NCBI GenBank assembly: GCA_963713825.1
Contig: CAVQNG010000025.1
Span: forward strand, 448,001 to 512,000
Reading direction: 5' to 3'
Length of the DNA stretch: 64,000 nucleotides
DNA from: an uncultured Acidobacteriota bacterium
GTDB lineage: Bacteria; Acidobacteriota; Thermoanaerobaculia; Multivoradales; JAHEKO01
Positions within the stretch are counted from its first letter, which is position 1; the number at the start of each line of letters is the position of its first letter. The notes under the pieces are model-generated. The model did not search any database. It had not been told where the DNA came from and saw only the letters and a program-made list of their open reading frames with translations. Made by a program: the position numbers and the translations under genes. Positions 56,611 through 64,000 of this stretch are shown one piece after another.

Positions 56611-56976
56611 ATGTATGCAGTCATCGAAACCGGAGGCAAACAGTACCGGGTGCAGCCCGGCGACGTCATCGACGTCGAGAAGACGCCGGTTTCCGGGAAG
56701 AAGATCAAGAAGGTGAAGTTCGACCGCATCCTGCTGGTCGGTGATGACAAAGGCACCAAGGTGGGGGCACCCACCGTCGAAGGCGCTGTCGTGACCGCCA
56801 CCCTGATGGACGAGGTGCGAGGACCCAAGATCAAGGTCTTCAAGATGAAGCGCCGCAAGGGCTACCGTCGGCTCACCGGTCATCGGCAGGACCTCCTGCG
56901 AGTGCGGATCGACAAGATCGAGGCCTCTACGGCGAGCAAGGCCAAGGCAGAGACGGCCGACAAGAAGGAAGGTTGA
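56611..56976 (+). CDS. rplU: 50S ribosomal protein L21
   Basis: [14 protein letters not shown]...GHRQ. Confidence 0.98.
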   Translation: MYAVIETGGKQYRVQPGDVIDVEKTPVSGKKIKKVKFDRILLVGDDKGTKVGAPTVEGAVVTATLMDEVRGPKIKVFKMKRRKGYRRLTGHRQDLLRVRIDKIEASTASKAKAETADKKEG

Positions 56977-56982
56977 TGGCTT

Positions 56983-57240
56983 ATGGCACATAAAAAGGGA
57001 CAGGGCTCTAGCCGCAACGGGCGGGATTCCAATGCGCAGCACCTGGGCGTCAAACGATTCGGTGGCCAGACGGTGACCGGTGGAACGATCATCGTTCGCC
57101 AGCGGGGGACGAAGTTCTTCCCGGGTCTGAACGTCGGCCGGGGCAAAGACGACACGCTCTTCGCCAAGGCAGATGGTGTGGTGCAGTTTCAGAACAGGGG
57201 CCGACGAGGTAAGTTCGTCAACATCCTGCCGGCCGAGTAG
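56983..57240 (+). CDS. rpmA: 50S ribosomal protein L27
   Basis: [16 protein letters not shown]...RQRGT. Confidence 0.98.
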   Translation: MAHKKGQGSSRNGRDSNAQHLGVKRFGGQTVTGGTIIVRQRGTKFFPGLNVGRGKDDTLFAKADGVVQFQNRGRRGKFVNILPAE

Positions 57241-57295
57241 GTTCCAGCTCGGCGGTTGAAGCCGGCCTCGGTCCCGAGCAGTTGGCTCACCAGAA

Positions 57296-58303
57296 TTGAT
57301 CTTCTTAGACGAAGCCGTAATTCATGTCCGCGCCGGACGTGGAGGTAACGGCTGCGTCGCCTTTCGCAGAGAGAAGTACGTGCCCAGAGGAGGTCCCTCC
57401 GGAGGTGATGGTGGCCATGGCGGCGCCGTCATCCTGGTTGGCGATGAAGGGCTCAACACCCTCTACCACCTCCGCTTTCGCTCGATCTACCCTGCGGAGC
57501 GGGGGCGCCATGGCGAGGGCTCCAACAAGACTGGGCGATCGGGCAGTAGCCTCGAAGTCAGGGTGCCGCCGGGCACCCAGGTCTACGACTCCGACGATTC
57601 GACCCCGGTGGGCGAGATCTTGGAGCACGGTGAGCGCCTGGTTGTTGCCGCCGGCGGTCGGGGCGGCCGGGGTAACGCTCGCTTCGCCACCTCCACCAAC
57701 AGAGCTCCCGATCGGGCAGACCCGGGAGAGGAGGGTGTCGAGCGCCGACTCCGGTTGGAGCTCAAGCTGCTCGCAGATGTCGGTGTGGTGGGTCTGCCCA
57801 ACGCCGGCAAGTCGACCCTGATCAGTGTCATCTCGGCAGCTCGACCGCGCATTGCGGACTATCCATTCACCACCCTGGTGCCCCAATTGGGTGTGGTGGC
57901 CGATGGGCCGACTGCCGAGCCCTTCGTGGTCGCTGATTTGCCGGGGCTGATCGAGGGCGCGTCTCAGGGTGCCGGACTCGGGCACCAGTTCCTGCGCCAC
58001 GTCGAACGGTGCAGGGTGCTACTTCATCTGGTGGACCTGGCAGCCCAGGATGGCAGCGCCGAAGACGACTTGAAGACTATCGAGCACGAGATGGAGGCCT
58101 TCGATCCTGGACTCATGGCCAGACCCCGCTGGATCGTGGGGACCAAGCTGGACTCCGCTCGGGAGGACCGGAGGGAGAACCTGAGAGAGGCGGCGCGTCA
58201 AAGGGGTCTGAGCTACACCGAGATAAGCTCGGTGAGTCAGACAGGCATCAAGGAGCTGGTCAACGGCTTGCGACAGCTGCTGGCAGAGGTCGCGGACTCA
58301 TGA
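57296..58303 (+). CDS. obgE: GTPase ObgE/CgtA
   Basis: Gly-rich Obg domain, GLPNAGKST, YPFTT, DLPG and TKLD motifs. Confidence 0.97.
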   Translation: MIFLDEAVIHVRAGRGGNGCVAFRREKYVPRGGPSGGDGGHGGAVILVGDEGLNTLYHLRFRSIYPAERGRHGEGSNKTGRSGSSLEVRVPPGTQVYDSDDSTPVGEILEHGERLVVAAGGRGGRGNARFATSTNRAPDRADPGEEGVERRLRLELKLLADVGVVGLPNAGKSTLISVISAARPRIADYPFTTLVPQLGVVADGPTAEPFVVADLPGLIEGASQGAGLGHQFLRHVERCRVLLHLVDLAAQDGSAEDDLKTIEHEMEAFDPGLMARPRWIVGTKLDSAREDRRENLREAARQRGLSYTEISSVSQTGIKELVNGLRQLLAEVADS

Positions 58304-58908
58304 AAATCGGTCTATTCGGTGGCACCTTCGATCCGATTCACTTCGGCCACATTCTGCCGGTGAAGGAGGCGCAGGCCCAACTCGGCCTTGACCAGGTCAT
58401 CTACCTGCCGACCGCCATGCCGCCCCACAAGCCGGGAGGGCAGGTTGCACCACCTCAAGCCCGATGGACGATGGTAGAGCTGGCGCTCTTGCGGGAACCG
58501 GGACTGGTCGCCGACCCCTTCGAGCTGGCACCGATGCGAGAGGCCTTCACGGTGGATTCTGTGGAGCATTTTCGCTCCACGATACCGGCAGCCGACCTGT
58601 ACCTTCTCATCGGCTGCGACAGCTTCGCTGAGCTTCATACCTGGAGTCGCTGGGAGGAGCTCGTTGCCATGGTCAAGCTCGCGGTTCTGGTCCGTCCAGA
58701 TTGGCGACCTGGTGCCCTGGAAGCGCAACTGACACCCGAAGTGTCCGCGCTGATAGGACAGGACAACGTCTCGTTCATCACCAATCAGCCGGTAGCAGTC
58801 TCGGCCACCCAGCTGCGTCGGATGCTGGCCGAGGGAGCCCAGCCGCCCGCAGGTTGGTTACCGGAATTGGTGCTAGAGTACATTCAGAAGTACGACCTCT
58901 ATCGATGA
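58300..58908 (+). CDS. nadD: Nicotinate-nucleotide adenylyltransferase
   Basis: GGTFDPIHFGH, PPHK, IGCDS and SAT motifs. ATGA overlap with obgE. Confidence 0.95.
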   Translation: MKIGLFGGTFDPIHFGHILPVKEAQAQLGLDQVIYLPTAMPPHKPGGQVAPPQARWTMVELALLREPGLVADPFELAPMREAFTVDSVEHFRSTIPAADLYLLIGCDSFAELHTWSRWEELVAMVKLAVLVRPDWRPGALEAQLTPEVSALIGQDNVSFITNQPVAVSATQLRRMLAEGAQPPAGWLPELVLEYIQKYDLYR

Positions 58909-59279
58909 CCGACCCGACCCTCAGCCCGCCGGATATCGCCGCTCGATGTCGGGAGGTGGTGGCTGCTGCGGAAGACCTCAAGGCCAACCGTCTCAGGGTC
59001 CTGGCGCTCTCCGAGATCAGCTCGCTGGCCGACTACTTCGTGGTTTGCAGTGGGAGCAGTGGGCGTCAGGTCCAAGCGATTTCGGACGCAGTCATCCAGA
59101 GATTGCGTGCTGAGAGCGTTCGGCCCCACCATGTCGAAGGCTATGAGGCGGCCCGTTGGGTGCTGCTGGACTTCGGCGACTTCGTCGTCCATGTCTTCGA
59201 CGAGGAGACCCGCTCCTTCTACGGCCTCGAAAAGCTGTGGGCCGACGCTCCCGATGTGACCCACGAGCTCACGCAGTGA
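58905..59279 (+). CDS. rsfS: Ribosome silencing factor
   Basis: KA...DYFVVCSG...QVQAI...WVLLDFGDFVVHVF...FYGLEKLW. Confidence 0.95.
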   Translation: MTDPTLSPPDIAARCREVVAAAEDLKANRLRVLALSEISSLADYFVVCSGSSGRQVQAISDAVIQRLRAESVRPHHVEGYEAARWVLLDFGDFVVHVFDEETRSFYGLEKLWADAPDVTHELTQ

Positions 59280-60187
59280 CCAGCGCTTCACCCGTTTCCG
59301 AGCTTCTTGCGCACTCCCCCTCCCTGGAGCAGCAGATCCGGGGCGCCGAGCGGGCGGCACGCACAGATGTCCCGGTGCTGATCCTCGGAGAGCCGGGTAC
59401 TGGGCGTTCGGCGATCGCCAGGGCGATTCATGCCACCAGTTTGCGGTCCGATGGCGCCCTCGTCGAAGTGGACATCAGCGCCATCCCCAGCTCACTGTTC
59501 GAGAGTGAGCTCTTCGGGTATCGCCCGGGAGCGTTCACCGGCGCCGAGTCACCACTGGCCGGCCGAGTAGCAACCGCGGACGGTGGGACTCTGTTGTTGG
59601 ATCACGTCGAGGACATCCCTATCGGAGCGCAGCCGAAGTTGTTGCGCTTGCTGGCAGAGAGCACCTATGCCCCTTTGGGTGGATCCGATCGACATGCCAA
59701 TGTTCGGTTCTTGGGGATAGGGTCCGATGATCTGCCCTCCAGAGTCGCCAGTGGCGCTTTTCGGTCGGATCTCTTCTATCGGATGGAGGTCGTTACTCTT
59801 CGTTTGCCGACTCTCAGGGAGCGTCGAGAGGACTTCGCGTCGCTCGTCGAGTTCTTCCTGCTGGATCTCGGAGAGCGTTTCGGAATCAGCGATGTGAAGC
59901 TCTCGACCAGTGCTCGAGAGTGGATGGTGGAGTACCCCTGGCCGGGCAACCTGCGAGAGCTGAGAAATGTTCTCGAGCGAGCCCTGATCCTGCAGGGGAC
60001 GGGCCCCCTGAATCCGCCGTGCCCTGATCGTCGTAGCGGCCCACCCGAGTCTCTTCAGGCGGTCGAGCGGCGCCAGATCCTGCGGGCGCTGGCCTACACC
60101 CGCGGCCACCAGGGGCGAGCCTCCGAGCTGCTCGGCATCAGTCGCAAGACCCTGTGGGAAAAGCGCCGCCGCTACGACATCCCCTGA
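59276..60187 (+). CDS. Sigma54 enhancer-binding-protein-like AAA+/Fis-HTH regulator without a sensory domain, degenerate Walker motifs
   Basis: ESELFG, GAFTGA, QPKLLR, FRSDLFYR, WPGNLREL and HTH LGISRKTL. Walker A reads GEPGTGRS and Walker B reads LLLDH. Confidence 0.88.
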   Translation: MTSASPVSELLAHSPSLEQQIRGAERAARTDVPVLILGEPGTGRSAIARAIHATSLRSDGALVEVDISAIPSSLFESELFGYRPGAFTGAESPLAGRVATADGGTLLLDHVEDIPIGAQPKLLRLLAESTYAPLGGSDRHANVRFLGIGSDDLPSRVASGAFRSDLFYRMEVVTLRLPTLRERREDFASLVEFFLLDLGERFGISDVKLSTSAREWMVEYPWPGNLRELRNVLERALILQGTGPLNPPCPDRRSGPPESLQAVERRQILRALAYTRGHQGRASELLGISRKTLWEKRRRYDIP

Positions 60188-60196
60188 GGGCTTGAG

Positions 60197-60244
60197 GTTG
60201 AGGCGACCGGGCGTTCCTTCCGGCCGACCTTTGAGGGCTTGGGG
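60197..60244 (+). repeat. Dispersed ~48-bp 3'-UTR repeat, copy B
   Basis: gttgaggcgaccgggcgttccttccggccgacctttgagggcttgggg. Confidence 0.75.
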
Positions 60245-60600
60245 CGTTGGGGGCGAGGCCGATTGTCACTTTGGCCGCCAAGCTGTCCATTTTGGGTGCT
60301 AAGTGGTGCTTTTTGGAGGGTGGTCTGGCACTGCTGGCCTGGACTGCCCAACGCCGGGTGGGAGGTTTTGAAGCGGCCGTCGCCTCTGGCGGCCGTTGCT
60401 ACATCCCTGCAATACGTTGGTGATCTGGAGGCTCGTCCGGGTGGTCCGTAGGGGGACGGCGTCGGCTACTCAGACTGCAGCGGGCGGGCCGCCCCCTTGT
60501 CTCGTCATCGCGCGGGATCTCTTGTGCTCTGTGAAGGCCCTTGCGCTGCGCTCGACTCGGCACCCCCTGTCGAACCACCCGAACGAACCTCTGGCACCGT

Positions 60601-60648
60601 TAAAGGCAATAGGGGCTTAGGGCAGTAGGGGCGTAAGGGCCTAGGGGT
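60601..60648 (-). repeat. 8-bp tandem repeat array (6 units, same family as 8174)
   Basis: Reverse complement: acccctag gcccttac gcccctac tgccctaa gcccctat tgccttta. Confidence 0.75.
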
Positions 60649-60667
60649 TTCGAGGAATGGGAGGGGG

Positions 60668-60714
60668 GCCCACGGCCTCAAAGATCGTCGGGAGGTACGA
60701 CCGGACGCCTCAGC
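60668..60714 (-). repeat. Dispersed 3'-UTR repeat, copy C
   Basis: Reverse complement gctgaggcgtccggtcgtacctcccgacgatctttgaggccgtgggc. Begins 3 nt after the crotonase stop. Confidence 0.7.
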
Positions 60715-60717
60715 CCT

Positions 60718-61494
60718 CTAACGGCCTTTCCATTCGGCTGGACGCTTCTCCAGGAAAGCCGCCACGCCTTCCTGCTTGTCTGCGGTGGAAAAGCAGAGGC
60801 AGAAGAGATCGCGCTCGTACAGGACGCCTTCCTCGATGGCGAGGCGTTGGCTGGCGCGGACTGCCTGCTTGGCGACCTTCAGGGTCAACGGGCTCTTGGA
60901 CGCTATCTTTGCGGCCAGCTCCAGCGTCTGGTCACGAAGCTCGTCAGCCGGCGCCACCATCTCCACGAGACCGATCTCCTTGGCTTCCGCGGCGCCGATC
61001 ATGTCGCCTGTGAGGATCATGCGCATGGCGTGACCTGGTCCGACGAGACGGGGCAGGCGTTGGGTGCCACCGCCACCGGGGATCAGGCCCAGATTGATCT
61101 CGGGCTGGCCGAATCGAGCCTTATCAGAAGCGATGCGCAGATCACACGAGATGGCAAGCTCGCAACCGCCACCCAGGCAGAAGCCGTTGATCATGGCGAT
61201 GACCGGTTTGGGAAAGCTCGACATGACGTCGAAGATCCGAGGCGAGCGCATGGCATGCCGCTGGTCGAAGGGACTTCGACCTTCGAACTCACCGATATCC
61301 GCGCCGGCAATGAAGGCCTTCTCCCCGGCGCCTGTGAGCACGACCGCGCCGATACTGTCGTCAACGGCGATCTCATCGAGCAGCTCCAGCATCTCGTCAC
61401 GGACCTGCTGATTGAGAGCGTTCATCTTGTCGGGCCGGTTGATGGTGAGAATCACCACTCGACCAACCTGTTCTTTGAGAATGGTCTCGGGCAT
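60718..61494 (-). CDS. Enoyl-CoA hydratase (crotonase)
   Basis: NRPDKMNAL, AFIAGADI, GGGCEL, GQPEINLG and GGGGTQRL. Both catalytic Glu residues are present. Confidence 0.93.
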   Translation of the reverse strand: MPETILKEQVGRVVILTINRPDKMNALNQQVRDEMLELLDEIAVDDSIGAVVLTGAGEKAFIAGADIGEFEGRSPFDQRHAMRSPRIFDVMSSFPKPVIAMINGFCLGGGCELAISCDLRIASDKARFGQPEINLGLIPGGGGTQRLPRLVGPGHAMRMILTGDMIGAAEAKEIGLVEMVAPADELRDQTLELAAKIASKSPLTLKVAKQAVRASQRLAIEEGVLYERDLFCLCFSTADKQEGVAAFLEKRPAEWKGR

Positions 61495-61524
61495 GTCGAT
61501 CTTCCTCCAACAGGGCGCAATGAG

Positions 61525-62292
61525 TTATTTGTGCTGCCAGTCGGGTGTCCGCTTCTCGAGGAAGGCGGCCAGTCCCTCTTGCATGTCTTGCGTTTCGATC
61601 AGCTCTTCCAAATAGAGTCGCTCGCTCTCCGCCAGCGCTTCGTCGAATGACCGGTCGCGACCGGCCAGAATCGCTCGTTTCAGCAATCTGAGCACGGGCA
61701 GGCTCCTTCGAGCGATCTGATCCTTGAGTCGCTCGAGCTCGATGTCGAGCTCGTCAGCCGGCACCTGTCGGCTGACGAAACCCATCTGCTCGGCTTCATC
61801 GCAGTCGACATTGCGCCCAGTGATCAGCAGGTCGAAGGTCTTCGCCGGGCCAATGCGTTTCGGATAGAGGGCCGTCGCCAACGGCGGGATGCAGCCGAGC
61901 TCGATCTCGGGCTGCCCGAAGCGACTGTTATCGCTGGCCAGAACGATGTCGCAGCCCGCTGCCAGCTCCATGCCGCCACCCAGGCAATGGCCCTGAACTG
62001 CGGCAATGCTCACCGCCCTCATCTGCCGAAGGCAGCGAATCGCGCCGTGAAAGTCCTCCAGCATGGTCGGTACCAGCTCTCGCGTGTGGTCCTCTACCGC
62101 AACCCCAGCCGAGAAGGCCGTCTCGCCGGCGCCACGGAGGACCACCGCGGCCAACTCTTCATCCTGGTCGAGCCGTCGGAGCTGAAGTCGCAGCTCGGCC
62201 AGAATGTCGAGATCGAGGATGTTCAAAGGTGGGCGGTTCAGCGTGATCGTGACGATCCGCTTGTGTCGCTCAATGATCAGTTTCTGACTCAT
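61525..62292 (-). CDS. Enoyl-CoA hydratase/isomerase family protein (resembles cyclohexadienoyl-CoA hydratase-type)
   Basis: LNRPPLNILD, FSAGVAVEDH, GGGMEL and GQPEIELG motifs. Confidence 0.85.
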   Translation of the reverse strand: MSQKLIIERHKRIVTITLNRPPLNILDLDILAELRLQLRRLDQDEELAAVVLRGAGETAFSAGVAVEDHTRELVPTMLEDFHGAIRCLRQMRAVSIAAVQGHCLGGGMELAAGCDIVLASDNSRFGQPEIELGCIPPLATALYPKRIGPAKTFDLLITGRNVDCDEAEQMGFVSRQVPADELDIELERLKDQIARRSLPVLRLLKRAILAGRDRSFDEALAESERLYLEELIETQDMQEGLAAFLEKRTPDWQHK

Positions 62293-62368
62293 GACGAGAA
62301 CCCCTCGGTGAGCACCGCCAGGCCCACTCCACCGGCCGACCCACCAGCGGCTATACGAATGTCGAAGC

Positions 62369-63187
62369 TCAGACGCCCTTGAATTCGGGCTTGCGCTTTT
62401 CGATGTAAGCGCTCAAGCCCTCCTGAGCATCTGCGCTCTGGAACAGCTGCTGCTGCAACTCTCGCTCGATGGCCAGGCCGCTCTCGAAAGGCACCTCGGC
62501 TCCCGACTGCACCGACCGCTTGATTCGGCCCACGGCTTTCGAAGCCATGTTGGGCGGGCAGAACTTCTTGGCGAAGTCGTGGATCTGACCCATGAAGTCG
62601 TCGCCGTCCAAGATGTCGTTCACCAGGCCCAATTCTTGACCCTCCTCGAAGGACAGAAGGCGGCCGGTCACCATTAGATCGATGGCCCGGCTCTTACCAA
62701 CGAGACGAGCCAACCGCTGGGTGCCGCCCGTGCCCGGCAGGACCCCGAGATTGATCTCTGGTAGTCCGAGCTTGCCACCATCCTTCTTGGCGAGGCGGAG
62801 GTCGGCGGCCATCGCGATCTCGAGGCCGCCCCCTACCGTATGACCGTTGAGGGCAGCTAGAACCAGCTTTGGCGTGTGCTCGAGCCGATTCAGGGTCTCG
62901 TTGGCGTGTAGGCAGAAGTTGTACTTGAAGTAGGGGTCGGACTTCTTCAACATGTTGATATTGGCACCGGCACAGAAGAACTTCTCGCCTAGGCCTGTAA
63001 GGACCAGGACATGGACTTCTTCGTCGAACCGGGCCTTGAGAATCGCTGTGTCCAAGTCACACATCATCTCGTGGGTGTAGGTGTTTGCCGGCGGGTCGGT
63101 GAGCGTCAAGTAGGCAACGCCATCTCGCACTTCGTAGTTGACGAGCGTCGGGTCGTTGGTGGTTCCTTCAGCGTCAGGCTGAGCCAT
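62369..63187 (-). CDS. Enoyl-CoA hydratase/isomerase family protein
   Basis: PPANTY, FFCAGANI, GGGLEIA and LPEINLGVLPGTGGTQRL motifs. GGAGG RBS. Confidence 0.9.
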   Translation of the reverse strand: MAQPDAEGTTNDPTLVNYEVRDGVAYLTLTDPPANTYTHEMMCDLDTAILKARFDEEVHVLVLTGLGEKFFCAGANINMLKKSDPYFKYNFCLHANETLNRLEHTPKLVLAALNGHTVGGGLEIAMAADLRLAKKDGGKLGLPEINLGVLPGTGGTQRLARLVGKSRAIDLMVTGRLLSFEEGQELGLVNDILDGDDFMGQIHDFAKKFCPPNMASKAVGRIKRSVQSGAEVPFESGLAIERELQQQLFQSADAQEGLSAYIEKRKPEFKGV

Positions 63188-63388
63188 AATCTTCCTCCAG
63201 TTGCAATTGGGGTGGCGGCGTGGCGCGGGCCGCCCCGCTTTGGGATCGCCTCGGTCGGCTATTGTTACACGTGCCTGGAAGGCTAGCAAATAGGGTCAGG
63301 GCCCTCGCAGCCACCCCGAGGTTGCCCTGAAGCCGTCGGAATCTTTAGAATTTCTCTTCTCGATCATGTCTCGCTCACGGCCACTCGG

Positions 63389-64000
63389 ATGATTACGGGC
63401 TACAACACCGACGTCCCCCACTCCGATGTGGTCTTTCATGTACAGACCGAGGACAAGGGTATTGCCAGCGCTTTCATCGAAAGCCTGGTCTACGTCGGTG
63501 GTCAGGTGCTGGCCAAGAAGAGGACGAGCTACAAAAGCGCCCTGGATGCAGGCGAGGGCAAGAAGCGCATCGTCGAGCTGATGGACCAACAGCACCGATT
63601 GACGATCGCCGAGATTCAAAGCGGCAAGTACGACAGCCAGGTTCCGGGAGGCAAGGCCGCCGAGTCATCGATGAGCGCTGAGGAGTTCCTGAAAGACCCG
63701 AAGGTGGCTCCCGAGGTGGAGGTGGAGCACCTGCCGACGCCGGAACCGACTCGTCAAGTCGCGACTTCGGAAGCGGAGAGCCCGACCCTCGACCAGATCA
63801 TCATGGACTACCTCAACTCGGAGTCCGAGCAGGAGGCCCTGATTCTGATGATGGACGCGGATCACGAATTCGCTCTCGGTGAGACCGTGGCTTTGCGTTT
63901 CCGCACCAAAGGCAGCCTGAGCGGACAGGCCGTGCCGGGGACTCGGATCTCGGTCAAGATGATCTCCACCGTCGTCGGTCCGGCCACCCTGGCGCAGGGT
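63389..64000 (+). CDS. Hypothetical protein, partial (runs off the right edge)
   Basis: Open frame MITGYNTDVPHSDVVFHVQTEDKG...IESLVYVGGQVL...QQHR with no stop before the window end. Confidence 0.75.
   Translation, partial: MITGYNTDVPHSDVVFHVQTEDKGIASAFIESLVYVGGQVLAKKRTSYKSALDAGEGKKRIVELMDQQHRLTIAEIQSGKYDSQVPGGKAAESSMSAEEFLKDPKVAPEVEVEHLPTPEPTRQVATSEAESPTLDQIIMDYLNSESEQEALILMMDADHEFALGETVALRFRTKGSLSGQAVPGTRISVKMISTVVGPATLAQG

Noticed and set aside
60250-60600. Possible sigma54 promoter or small gene in the long intergenic region
   Set aside because: No correctly spaced GG-N10-GC consensus and no ORF with a credible RBS or motif were found.

Overview
GC-rich bacterial chromosomal window. The gene content suggests Acidobacteriota/Thermoanaerobaculia, but this is inference. 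It is dominated by a ~38 kb phosphate/polyphosphate supercluster (~9.8-47.6 kb) containing: a CNNM/CBS transporter, a 2-phosphoglycerate kinase-iPGM fusion, sixA, ppk1, a split PPK2 pair, an HhH/Lys-tail-CHAD-ParA module, two complete Pst ABC systems (3 PstS, 4 PstB), three PhoU-type proteins, a Na/Pi cotransporter, an M16 peptidase pair, PIN-PhoH, ppx, a phosphate porin and phoBR, with at least six recognisable Pho boxes. The flanks carry rmuC, an unusual MIO ammonia-lyase, tRNA-Ala(CGC), stress genes, gcvTH, queA, a peptide ABC transporter, rplU-rpmA-obgE-nadD-rsfS and three crotonases. The best candidates for novelty are: (1) a putative ParA-driven polyphosphate-granule positioning operon (HhH-polyLys / CHAD / ParA / PPK2 x2); (2) the 2PGK-iPGM fusion; (3) a PstB pair with complementary degeneracies forming one dead ATP site; (4) a PhoU fused to a dead LMW-PTP domain; (5) a Pho-box-associated structured RNA; (6) a DnaA-box/IHF cluster between phoB and gcvT. 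No mobile elements or CRISPR arrays were found. All family calls come from motif recognition by eye; no database searches were run.
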